In this document: positions 28,217 through 36,754 of the stretch, in pieces
Layout: each line of letters starts with the position of its first letter
Position numbering within the stretch: the stretch's first letter is position 1
Assembly: GCA_964356915.1 (NCBI GenBank)
Contig: CAYHJF010000001.1
Span: forward strand, 146,200-210,199
DNA: 64,000 nt
Direction: 5' to 3'
Source: an uncultured Candidatus Saccharibacteria bacterium
GTDB lineage: Bacteria; Patescibacteriota; Minisyncoccia; Ryanbacterales; GWA2-47-10b
The notes under the pieces: generated by a model
The model's input: only the letters and a program-made list of their open reading frames with translations
Told to the model about the DNA's origin: nothing
Databases searched by the model: none
Program-made: the position numbers and the translations under genes

Positions 28217-28937
28217 AATTTCACGTGAAATTGTTTTCACGTGAAATCATGCATCAAGCATAACATTTTCAATATGCTTGATTATAGCGGTATTTCTTAA
28301 AAAATCTAATAAAACACTGAAAACATCTACCTGCCAATCATTTTCTATATTTTTCTCTATTAAATAAGCTTCTATTACTCGCAAAAGATTTCTCTGCTTG
28401 TGAAAATGAACGTTGTCTTCCGGTCTATAATCATCATAATTGCTGTTTTCACGTGAAATTTCAATTTTTAACTTTTTATTTGTGAAACTATATCGTGAAA
28501 ATATACGTGAAACAATGTTTTGGTCTTTTTTATCTATTTCACGTGAAATAGTTCTTGATTTAACCTCTATAAAATGAATTATTCCGTCTTTTTGAGCGAC
28601 TATATCAATCTCGCCAATCTTTCTTAGATAATTTCGATCAAGGACGGTAAAGCCAGACCTCTCAATATAGCGAACCACTGTATCTTCCGCGATATTACCA
28701 ATTCGTCTATTTTTACTGTATTTCTCTTTATCAGACATTTATAAAAGACATTTATACACAGAAACAGGCCTTTATACATGGGTTATTAACAGATATAGCT
28801 GAAATGTTATTAAACAGACATTGCTTATAAAAGACACTATATAAGACAATTGCACTTGTGGGGTAGAAAAGTAATTCTATGACTTTTCCCTGTTCTCTCT
28901 TTCACGTGAAATTGAAACGCTAGACTTTCACGTGAAA
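28217..28937. repeat. seven copies of the 12-bp perfect palindrome TTTCACGTGAAA (one split into half-sites) over about 720 bp
   Basis: Copies at about 28218, 28234, 28448, 28491/28503 (half-sites), 28537, 28899 and 28925. Two lie just 3-prime of the nuclease gene stop, three lie inside its coding sequence (encoding ISRE twice), and two lie upstream. Confidence 0.75.
28247..28738 (-). CDS. YraN/UPF0102-family endonuclease-like protein (163 aa; longer than the usual roughly 120 aa)
   Basis: RRIGNIAEDTVVRYIERSGFTVLDRNYLRKIGEIDIVAQKDGIIHFIEVKSR matches the YraN pattern (GxxGE..A...L...G..IL.RN.R...GEIDIIA...L.FVEVK.R). The C-terminal half carries insertions encoded by the palindrome copies. Confidence 0.55.
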   Translation of the reverse strand: MSDKEKYSKNRRIGNIAEDTVVRYIERSGFTVLDRNYLRKIGEIDIVAQKDGIIHFIEVKSRTISREIDKKDQNIVSRIFSRYSFTNKKLKIEISRENSNYDDYRPEDNVHFHKQRNLLRVIEAYLIEKNIENDWQVDVFSVLLDFLRNTAIIKHIENVMLDA

Positions 28938-29048
28938 CCGCCTATCGGATAAATCTTATCAATCCTGATGAGATCTACTGCTTTATCGACATGTACTGCA
29001 TTTATAAAATGCTTGTAACGCTCTAAAGCTTCGAATACTTATTTGTTG

Positions 29049-29119
29049 TGGACCTAGGGAGAATCGAACTCCCGTCCCGGCAATGCGAATGCCGTGTACT
29101 ACCACTATACGATAGGCCC
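29049..29119 (-). tRNA. tRNA-Ala (anticodon CGC), no encoded CCA
   Basis: rc = GGGCCTATCGTATAGTGGTAGTACACGGCATTCGCATTGCCGGGACGGGAGTTCGATTCTCCCTAGGTCCA. G3:U70 Ala identity pair present. Anticodon stem cggca/tgccg, loop ttCGCat. Confidence 0.7.
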
Positions 29120-29263
29120 AAGACTTTTGTAGTGTAAACAACTATCTTTCTCTTTTCAAACTAAAAAATTTAGCTTGAAAAGAGATTCCTATACTTAATA
29201 TATTGCTCTTTATTAATATAACTTTTCTTCGAAAAATCCTTTCGGCGGTCATAAGATTGAAAC

Positions 29264-31525
29264 TTGATCAGCCAAATTATTTATAACAATCCCGCGCGTA
29301 ATATGTTTGAAGAACTAGAGAAAGGAACTGTCTCGCCTAGTAAGCCAACGATATCGCCCCATATTCTATTGGGAGTGATTGGCATTATATTCATCTTCGC
29401 AGTTGGAATTTTTACAACGTGGATTAGCAGGGCATCAGTAGAACTAAATATGACTGAAGCGGCTCCAAGATCAAAACTCTCAAGAGCCACAACCATTGCC
29501 GTAAAGGCATTTCCTACAGCGGAAGGATATGGGGCCGACACCATTGGAGGACGCGGAGGAAAGATAATTCAAGTTACTAATCTTAACGACTCAGGTCCTG
29601 GTAGTTTTCGTGAAGCGGTCATGACTTCAGGACCACGTATTATTGTTTTCCGTGTAGGAGGAGTCATTAAATTAGAAAGTAATATCGTTATCTCGGAACC
29701 ATTCCTTACTATCGCGGGTCAAACCGCTCCAGGTGATGGTATTGTGATCCGTAACTATACCGTGGAGATTACGGCCTCGGATGTCATCGTGCGCAACATG
29801 CGCTTCCGCGTAGCCGACGCTGAAGATGGTGGCGATCCCTGTTGTCGTCGCGCGCTATCTATTGGAGCCGGCGCAAATGGAGCATCTCGCGTTATTCTTG
29901 ATCATGTATCTGCAAGCTGGGGAGTTGATCAAACTATCGACGTTCATCGCTCTTCTGATGTCACCATCCAATGGAGCCTAATCAGCGAATCGCTTAATAA
30001 AAGTCTTCACGTAGAAGATACTCGCCAACAACACGCGTTTGCTTCTTTGAATTACTCTGGCAGCCGTGTTACGTATCATCATAATCTTTACGCTGAACAT
30101 CGTGGTCGCGTTCCCCGATTTGATGCCCAGAAACAGGCTGACTTTGTAAACAATGTTATCTATGATTGGCATGCGAATGATATTGATGGTCTTGGAGGCG
30201 CTACTACGGTCAATGTAGTAAAAAATTACTTCAAAATGCGACCCGGTACTGTTGCCGCGCGCCCCATAACTCTTCGCGATAATGCGAAAGTATATTTGGA
30301 AGGTAATATCGGTCCCTCAACCACAGAAACAAGCGACCAGTGGCAAATGACCCAAGGATCGCCCGGCACTGGGATTGTACCGCTCGCGGCCACCAGCTTC
30401 CGTTCACTCACGCGATTTGTGAACAAACCGATCGCCGAAGACCCAGCCGCGGTTGCATTCTCTCGTGTTACAAGCGGGGATAGCGTTGGAGCGACCCGCG
30501 GTACCAATGCTGACGGTTCACCAAAAAACACGCGAGACACTACTGACGCACGCGTTATAAATGCAGTCGTCACAGATACTGGAAAAATTATTGATAAAGT
30601 TTTTCCTGCGAGTACAAATCATCCCTGGTATGGAACGGTCTGTTATCCGACAAGTACTCAAGCCGCGTGCCAAGCTTCCGATCTTCCAGAGGGAACATTC
30701 CCAACTTACCAAAGCGGCCCTCCTTACCCGGATACTGATTCGGATGGAATTGCTGATAGCTGGGAATTTTTCCACGGCCTTAAACATAATGATGCGACCG
30801 ACGGCAACCAATATGCATCAAATGGTTATACAAATATTGAAAATTATATAAACGAGCTCGCAGGAGATACTACAGCGCTTCCGCCGCCGCCCATGCCCCC
30901 AACTGACAACAGTGCTCCTTCAATTTCTCTCCAACAACCAGCAACCACCGCAAGCGTGTACCTCACAAACGCGACAACAATCACTACGGCCGTTACGGCA
31001 TCGGATACAAATGGCATCGGCTCAATCGCATGGAAAAATACTTCTGGAAATACGAGCGGGGGTACCATTCAAAAAACCTCTACTACTTATGAAGCAGCGA
31101 TTCCACTTGTGAAGGGAAAGAATAAAATTACATTTACAGCAAAAGATCCGTCAGGGAATGCGAGCTACGCCTCCATATCAATCTACTATCTCGATCCCTC
31201 TGACTCTCTCGACTACTCCATAAGCGGCACACATCAAATTGGGATAAGACGAACTCAAACAGCAAAAACTGATTTTAGTGCAATAATGGCATCGGGCAAA
31301 ATTCCACCATCATTTTCGTGGTCAGTGTCAGGACTCCCCAATACCGTAACTGCCGCATTTACTTCTCCGAACACACCCTTACCGACTGGGGCTATCGGTA
31401 CTTCAAACACGCTCTCGATAACTCCGAGCTCCCAAGCTCCGTTGGGAAACATACCGATAACAATATCCGTAACCTCAGGAAGTGTAGTGAAAACATTTAT
31501 ATTGAATGCAAATCTCGCATTGTAA
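29264..31525 (+). CDS. membrane-anchored right-handed beta-helix protein, pectate-lyase-like, with C-terminal Ig-like region
   Basis: N-terminal TM (ILLGVIGIIFIFAVGIF). AEGYGADTIGGRGGKIIQVTNLNDSGPGSFREAV..GPRIIVFRVGGVIKL...ISEPFLTIAGQTAPG resembles pectate lyase / beta-helix lyase N-terminal signatures. S/T-rich C-terminal domains. Confidence 0.45.
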   Translation: MISQIIYNNPARNMFEELEKGTVSPSKPTISPHILLGVIGIIFIFAVGIFTTWISRASVELNMTEAAPRSKLSRATTIAVKAFPTAEGYGADTIGGRGGKIIQVTNLNDSGPGSFREAVMTSGPRIIVFRVGGVIKLESNIVISEPFLTIAGQTAPGDGIVIRNYTVEITASDVIVRNMRFRVADAEDGGDPCCRRALSIGAGANGASRVILDHVSASWGVDQTIDVHRSSDVTIQWSLISESLNKSLHVEDTRQQHAFASLNYSGSRVTYHHNLYAEHRGRVPRFDAQKQADFVNNVIYDWHANDIDGLGGATTVNVVKNYFKMRPGTVAARPITLRDNAKVYLEGNIGPSTTETSDQWQMTQGSPGTGIVPLAATSFRSLTRFVNKPIAEDPAAVAFSRVTSGDSVGATRGTNADGSPKNTRDTTDARVINAVVTDTGKIIDKVFPASTNHPWYGTVCYPTSTQAACQASDLPEGTFPTYQSGPPYPDTDSDGIADSWEFFHGLKHNDATDGNQYASNGYTNIENYINELAGDTTALPPPPMPPTDNSAPSISLQQPATTASVYLTNATTITTAVTASDTNGIGSIAWKNTSGNTSGGTIQKTSTTYEAAIPLVKGKNKITFTAKDPSGNASYASISIYYLDPSDSLDYSISGTHQIGIRRTQTAKTDFSAIMASGKIPPSFSWSVSGLPNTVTAAFTSPNTPLPTGAIGTSNTLSITPSSQAPLGNIPITISVTSGSVVKTFILNANLAL

Positions 31526-31585
31526 TAATTGAAACGCCGTAAGTAAAAGTTTGAAATTCATTAATTCATCGAGCGCCAAGGATGG

Positions 31586-32374
31586 CTATGAAACATAAAA
31601 AACGTGTTCTTCCTGACTAGCAGCATGCGATTCTTTTTCTCGTGCGACAGCTCCGTATGCAATCAAAAATGCGACTAGATACACGAGCCTCAGCGCGATC
31701 AAATTCCAACCAACTACAAATCCTATTTGATCGATAACACCTACTGATACATACATCACAATAGATAACACGGAGAGCACTTCGTGCCCGGCTCCATTCC
31801 CATGCATATATCGTATTGCCTCATATACTGTCTCGAGAATACTAACAATAATCATGGGGGCCATGGCGATGATTGCAAATAAAGAAGCGGGGAAGAGAAC
31901 AAAATATTTTGTACTAAAAAAATCTGGAGGCAACGCTTCGATGCCATATATAAGTGTTGCTATAAAACCAAAAAAGCCAAGTAAGATATAGCATCCCTGA
32001 ACAATATATCCCGTCCGTCCACCTGAAACTATCTTGTTGATTAGATACGGAGCGAGAAAAACACCCGATACATAAAGAAAGAGCTGTGAACCGTAGAAAA
32101 ATAATTTATCTATACTAAAAATCTCATACGCTGAAAAAACATTCCGAATCGTACTTGAAATCCACAAAAAACCTGTCGCGATCCAAAAATAAGCAAAGAG
32201 TTTTTGCTGACGAGAAAGAAATCCTGACTTTAAAATACTCCACCCAAGAGAGAACGACGAAAGGGCAATAATAAGCACTACCACCGCATTGAGTAAACGC
32301 CCTGTAAGTGGTAGGGCATGTTCAAGAGCTACCATTTTTTTATTATACCAGACCGAACCTCCATAAGCGGACAT
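31586..32374 (-). CDS. polytopic membrane protein, hypothetical (about 7 TM)
   Basis: Hydrophobicity pattern only. Confidence 0.4.
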   Translation of the reverse strand: MSAYGGSVWYNKKMVALEHALPLTGRLLNAVVVLIIALSSFSLGWSILKSGFLSRQQKLFAYFWIATGFLWISSTIRNVFSAYEIFSIDKLFFYGSQLFLYVSGVFLAPYLINKIVSGGRTGYIVQGCYILLGFFGFIATLIYGIEALPPDFFSTKYFVLFPASLFAIIAMAPMIIVSILETVYEAIRYMHGNGAGHEVLSVLSIVMYVSVGVIDQIGFVVGWNLIALRLVYLVAFLIAYGAVAREKESHAASQEEHVFYVS

Positions 32375-32435
32375 ATTGATATATGTCTATGTATATGATA
32401 AGGTGGCAATTCACTTTCTTTGACAAAGGACTCGA

Positions 32436-33254
32436 ATGAAGCGCGCGACTGAAGCAGAAATCTTTCAGGCATACACAAAACGCGTCCGAATACTGACTCC
32501 CGAATATACCGAGGATCTAATCCCATGGCATCTCGATGGTAATGCATCGCCCGACCCGGATCTTTTCCGTTATATACAACATATCGAAGCGCTTACAGCA
32601 GTAGTCTACGGACCCTATCTTGAACTGACTCCGTCTGGACGCCATCCCGTTATCTCAGTATTCTTAAAACGCTGGGTAACGGAAGAAACAACTCACGGAG
32701 AACTCTTTGCGAGATATCTTCAACTGCGCGGTATCGAAATTCATCCGCTCCCACAGCATACTGGGCTCGATAGATTTTTCGAAGTTATTCGAACGCTACC
32801 GGAAAATCTTGCCGGTAGCGCATTCATCACACTTCACATGGTATGGGGTGCAGCAAATGAATTTACGACGCTCGCGCTCTACCAACGTATACGAAAACTT
32901 TCCCGCGACCCTGTTTTGAGCGCGATACTCGATGGAGTCATAATCGAAGAGGGGAGACATGCTATGTTTTATAACGACATAGCACGACTACGTCTCGGAA
33001 AATCGCGCTTTGAGCAAATCTTTGTGCGTACCGTGATGAAACTCCTCTGGCAACCTGTTGGATCGGGCGACCTCGATCCTACCCCCGCGCTACAAATATT
33101 TGCCGGCGATGGAATCCACATATTTTGCGACAAGGTCACCGCACGAATTAATCGCTTACCAGGCCTTGCCGATCTCTGTCTCACTCTTGCGGTTCAGTCC
33201 GCAATGCAAAAACGTAATATTCCTTTTCTTCCAGAGAAAAGACCGACCACCTGA
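32436..33254 (+). CDS. ferritin-like di-iron carboxylate protein (acyl-ACP-desaturase-like EExxH x2)
   Basis: Two EExxH motifs about 90 aa apart (EETTHGE, EEGRHAM), as in the di-iron desaturase/ferritin-like superfamily. Confidence 0.4.
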   Translation: MKRATEAEIFQAYTKRVRILTPEYTEDLIPWHLDGNASPDPDLFRYIQHIEALTAVVYGPYLELTPSGRHPVISVFLKRWVTEETTHGELFARYLQLRGIEIHPLPQHTGLDRFFEVIRTLPENLAGSAFITLHMVWGAANEFTTLALYQRIRKLSRDPVLSAILDGVIIEEGRHAMFYNDIARLRLGKSRFEQIFVRTVMKLLWQPVGSGDLDPTPALQIFAGDGIHIFCDKVTARINRLPGLADLCLTLAVQSAMQKRNIPFLPEKRPTT

Positions 33255-33320
33255 TTGGTGGTTTTTTTATTTTTATCTCTACCAAATGAAAGACTAACCG
33301 CAACGGTTAGTCTTTCATTT
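33248..33320 (+). terminator. two tandem hairpin terminators after the di-iron protein gene
   Basis: accacc-tgatt-ggtggt + T8, then atgaaagactaaccg-caa-cggttagtctttcat + T6. Confidence 0.65.
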
Positions 33321-33323
33321 TTT

Positions 33324-33355
33324 GTCGGAATGCCGAGAATCGAACTCGGCCTTCA
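33324..33355 (-). pseudogene. tRNA 3-prime-half fragment (T arm plus acceptor), a near-duplicate of the tRNA-Pro(CGG) 3-prime end
   Basis: gaaggccgagttcgattctcggcattccgac vs gaaggccgagttcgattctcggcaccccgac of the intact tRNA. No matching 5-prime half. Preceded by a 9-bp hairpin gagaatgcc-ggg-ggcattctc. Confidence 0.5.
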
Positions 33356-33412
33356 CAATTTTCTTTTCGAAAATTCTAGAGAATGCCCCCGGCATTCTCG
33401 TTGAACACTTAG

Positions 33413-33483
33413 TCGGGGTGCCGAGAATCGAACTCGGCCTTCGCGCACCCGAAGCGCGCGTACTGCCGATATACTACACCCCG
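33413..33483 (-). tRNA. tRNA-Pro (anticodon CGG), no encoded CCA
   Basis: rc = CGGGGTGTAGTATATCGGCAGTACGCGCGCTTCGGGTGCGCGAAGGCCGAGTTCGATTCTCGGCACCCCGA. Anticodon stem cgcgc/gcgcg, loop ttCGGgt. An alternative register would give TCG (Arg), but the D arm and acceptor match the other two Pro tRNAs. Confidence 0.6.
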
Positions 33484-33489
33484 ACCAAG

Positions 33490-33533
33490 TACTCAACCCC
33501 AAATCGTGCGTACTGCCGGCATACTACATCCCG
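33490..33533 (-). pseudogene. tRNA-Pro 5-prime-half fragment (acceptor plus D arm identical to tRNA-Pro(GGG) 5-prime half), truncated
   Basis: rc = CGGGATGTAGTATGCCGGCAGTACGCACGATTTGGGG..., with no T arm or 3-prime acceptor following. Confidence 0.5.
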
Positions 33534-33578
33534 ATAGTATTCATGCGATACCAATACGCACTATCGATATACACAATA

Positions 33579-35045
33579 TTATTTCACCCAATGTTTTTTC
33601 TTGATCTCTCCTACCTTTTCTTCTTCGAGAGCCGATGACTTATTCTTTGCTTCTTTTGCTAAATTTGCAAGTTCTGAATCAGAGAGAGAAACGAGCTCAT
33701 TGAGACGTTCTGTAAGATATTTTTTTGTATTACGCTTTGGATCATCAAGCACTTCTTCGAGGAGCGCGTTGAGAAGCATTCCTATGCGCGGCCCTGGATC
33801 AAGCTTTCCAATCTTCATAACCGCATCTCCATTAATTTTTAGCATCTTCACTGAGATGGGATCGCGTGAAAGTTTTTCGATAAGAAAACGAAAGTGACGC
33901 AACTTATAAGGCTCTGCCTTAGGTACGCCTGATCCGATCCGATCGCACACACGAACCTTGATCAAGTCTTCCATATTTTCTGGACCAACTTTTCTAATAA
34001 GACGCCTCACCGATCCTTCGCCAACCTCATCCACGTTGTAGTAAAAAAGATGAAACCGAACAAGAGTCGTTACCTTTGCGACTAATTCACTCGGATACTT
34101 CAAACGCTTGAGGATTTCTTCTGTCATTGTCCCACCGACAATTTCATGCCCATAAAACGTAGAGTCTGGACCGTCTCCACGCTTTGCCCGCGGTTTACCA
34201 ACGTCATGTAACAAAGCGGCGAGCCGTACATCGAGCGCCCAATGCTTTGACGCCGCATGACGCAACGCGTATAGATTGTGCTCCCATACAGAAAAAATAT
34301 GATGCTTGTTTTGCCCCACAGCAAACCCCTCTTCGAGTTCTGGCATTACATATTTTAAAACACCGAGTTCACGCATCCGATCTAAAACCACATGCGGCTC
34401 CGGAGACATAATAATTTTTGAAAATTCATCTCGAATACGTTCCTGAGAAATAAATCTCAAAAGCTTTGCTTCTTTTTTTATCGCGGCCTCTGTCTCTGGC
34501 TCAAGTGAAAATCCGAGCTCAGCGACCAAACGAAGTGCTCGCATAATACGTAGCGCGTCTTCTTTAAATCGCTCGACTGGTTTTCCAACCGCACGTAAGA
34601 TACCTTCTTTAAAATCTTTTTTTCCGTTAAATAAATCTATCACTTCATCCGTTCGTACATTGAGCGCCACGGCATTGATAGTAAAATCGCGACGAGCAAG
34701 ATCATCCTTGAGAGATTTCCCAAATTCAACTTTATCCGGATGACGCTTATCAGAGTACTTTGATTCTGTGCGATAAGGTGTTACCTCAACCATCTTCAGT
34801 GATTCGTCAGAGACATTTTTAGGAAATATGGCAACGGTGCCAAAATCATTTTCATAAACACTGTCAGGAAATATTTTTTGAATTTCTGACGGTGTCGCGC
34901 TCGTCGTAATATCCCAATCCTTTGGTTTGCGCCCTATTAAAAGATCTCTCACGCATCCGCCAACGATATACGCTTCAAAATGAGCGGCTTCAAGTGCTTC
35001 TATAACAGCGACTATTTCTTTAGGAATCGGAGCTTGTTTAGACAT
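33579..35045 (-). CDS. cca: CCA-adding tRNA nucleotidyltransferase with C-terminal HD domain
   Basis: Pol-beta-like head (FEAYIVGGCVRDLLIGRKPKDWDITT), RRDFTINA, HD motif (LAALLHDVGKP). 488 aa. Consistent with tRNAs lacking an encoded CCA. Confidence 0.8.
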   Translation of the reverse strand: MSKQAPIPKEIVAVIEALEAAHFEAYIVGGCVRDLLIGRKPKDWDITTSATPSEIQKIFPDSVYENDFGTVAIFPKNVSDESLKMVEVTPYRTESKYSDKRHPDKVEFGKSLKDDLARRDFTINAVALNVRTDEVIDLFNGKKDFKEGILRAVGKPVERFKEDALRIMRALRLVAELGFSLEPETEAAIKKEAKLLRFISQERIRDEFSKIIMSPEPHVVLDRMRELGVLKYVMPELEEGFAVGQNKHHIFSVWEHNLYALRHAASKHWALDVRLAALLHDVGKPRAKRGDGPDSTFYGHEIVGGTMTEEILKRLKYPSELVAKVTTLVRFHLFYYNVDEVGEGSVRRLIRKVGPENMEDLIKVRVCDRIGSGVPKAEPYKLRHFRFLIEKLSRDPISVKMLKINGDAVMKIGKLDPGPRIGMLLNALLEEVLDDPKRNTKKYLTERLNELVSLSDSELANLAKEAKNKSSALEEEKVGEIKKKHWVK

Positions 35046-35153
35046 GGTATATCTGACTTTAGAGAAATAAATGAGGGTATCTATGACGTCGATCTCTAGA
35101 CTATAGTCTCGCTAACACCTAGACAGTGATCGTGGATAATACTCTCAACATTG

Positions 35154-35226
35154 TCCGCCCGGTAGGATTCGAACCTACGACCATCTCCTTAAGAGGGAGT
35201 TGCTCTACCAACTGAGCTACGGGCGG
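35154..35226 (-). tRNA. tRNA-Lys (anticodon CTT), no encoded CCA
   Basis: rc = CCGCCCGTAGCTCAGTTGGTAGAGCAACTCCCTCTTAAGGAGATGGTCGTAGGTTCGAATCCTACCGGGCGGA. Anticodon loop ctCTTaa. Confidence 0.7.
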
Positions 35227-35295
35227 ATTGTTCCTACATTATATAGAAAATAAGGTGAGTTTCAATCATTCGATTCAATAACGTAACTAGACACT

Positions 35296-36489
35296 CTAAT
35301 TAACCCTTTCTCCCTTTTGAAATCGCTGGTCAATTGCAATGCCATGATTTGCAAGATCCATCATCGCTACCTTCCTTACATGACTATCAAGGGCCTCGGG
35401 AGGAAACACGCCTCGCTTTTTAATATTTGGAATCAACGCAGAAAATACATACGCCGCGGTCCCTGTTGGGTAAGAAATGTACGTACCGCCAGGGAAAATC
35501 TTATTGATAGCTTTCAAGTCTGGAAAAATGGCGCTCATTTTAATTCTTAAATTTTTATTGTGTTTTTTTCCAACTACTTCAACAGTCAAAGCAAAAATCG
35601 CATTTTCAATAATCCCATTACGGATCATGGTGCGCATCATATCAGGAGGGGGAACGGCTGGAGCAAGCTTCTTGAAAAGCTCGAGCGGCGCAAACTTTAC
35701 ACCACCGATAGCAACGGGCTTTTTACTAAACAAACCGAGGCTTGAAAGTGCCTTTGAAAATTCAATATCGGCTCCTGCTGATTTAAAATCAACATTTTTC
35801 GTTTTAATAAAATAGGGGATTGTCGCCACTTCATCACCATAAATACTAAACGCTCGTTTCGTTCCTAACTGACCAGGAAATTCATAATCTTCCGGATCAT
35901 GGAACGGTTTCGTTGTTTTAAATTTTCCGTTCTTATAGACGAGCGGAGGCGCGGTTAGATCATCAAATGTCGTTTCTGCAGACCATGAAAATACGAACTC
36001 GCTCGCTTTTTGTTCCTCAACACATCGAATATGGATTGAATCGACGACATCAAACATATCTGCAGCTTCCCGCGCAAGAAGATTTGTAACACCCGGCGCA
36101 ACACCAGTATTGATTAAACCCGTAAGGCCTGCTCGTTCGAATCTCTTATTAAATTTAAATTGTTCAACTGTCTTAAGATCCTTAAGCTCTGAAGCAAGGT
36201 CCTGATAGTGAGCACCCACCTTCAGAGCTGCCTCCATAATATTCACATTAAAACGTGGGAGACTTGCATTAATAATCAGATCGACTCCTACTGCTCTTCT
36301 TACAATGTCATTTATATTCGCTGCATCGAGAGAAATGAGTTTTATTTTTTTATTATGTACTTTAATAAAACTGCGAGCACGCTTCAAATCATTTGAACCA
36401 CATAAAACCTCTGAAACCCTCTTATCAGTACTCAAATGGTGAGTAATCACGGAACTAACTGCGCCAGCTCCCACGATCAATATCTTCAT
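35296..36489 (-). CDS. saccharopine-dehydrogenase-family NAD(P)-binding oxidoreductase
   Basis: N-terminal Rossmann motif MKILIVGAGAVSS. About 400 aa with the C-terminal fold typical of saccharopine/carboxynorspermidine dehydrogenases (family level only). Confidence 0.45.
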   Translation of the reverse strand: MKILIVGAGAVSSVITHHLSTDKRVSEVLCGSNDLKRARSFIKVHNKKIKLISLDAANINDIVRRAVGVDLIINASLPRFNVNIMEAALKVGAHYQDLASELKDLKTVEQFKFNKRFERAGLTGLINTGVAPGVTNLLAREAADMFDVVDSIHIRCVEEQKASEFVFSWSAETTFDDLTAPPLVYKNGKFKTTKPFHDPEDYEFPGQLGTKRAFSIYGDEVATIPYFIKTKNVDFKSAGADIEFSKALSSLGLFSKKPVAIGGVKFAPLELFKKLAPAVPPPDMMRTMIRNGIIENAIFALTVEVVGKKHNKNLRIKMSAIFPDLKAINKIFPGGTYISYPTGTAAYVFSALIPNIKKRGVFPPEALDSHVRKVAMMDLANHGIAIDQRFQKGERVN

Positions 36490-36559
36490 AAGTTTATTAT
36501 ATAGAAGTTCTCTTTAGAGTAACAAGGATTTTAATCGGCTAATACAATTTCTTTTAACA

Positions 36560-36598
36560 AAACAAAACGCCGAGCATAAAGCTCGGCGTTTTGTTTTG
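36560..36598. terminator. bidirectional terminator
   Basis: aacgccgagc-ataaa-gctcggcgtt flanked by A-run and T-run. Confidence 0.65.
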
Positions 36599-36600
36599 TG

Positions 36601-36672
36601 TGCTCCCGGAGGGATTCGAACCCCCAATACTAGTTCCGAAGACTAGTGTGATATCCATTTCACCACAGGAGC
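36601..36672 (-). tRNA. tRNA-Arg (anticodon TCG), no encoded CCA
   Basis: rc = GCTCCTGTGGTGAAATGGATATCACACTAGTCTTCGGAACTAGTATTGGGGGTTCGAATCCCTCCGGGAGCA. Anticodon stem ctagt/actag, loop ctTCGga. Amino-acid identity from the anticodon only. Confidence 0.55.
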
Positions 36673-36754
36673 ATGCTTCTATATTATGTAGCATACAAAG
36701 TTACAAGAGAAAAATAAAACGCTCTCCGTATTTTGGAGAGCGTTGATTCAACAT

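Noticed and set aside
28217-28937. Possibility that the TTTCACGTGAAA copies form a CRISPR array
   Set aside because: The units are 12-bp palindromes with irregular spacing (16 to about 350 bp). Several lie inside a coding sequence, there is no leader and no cas genes. They do not form a CRISPR array.
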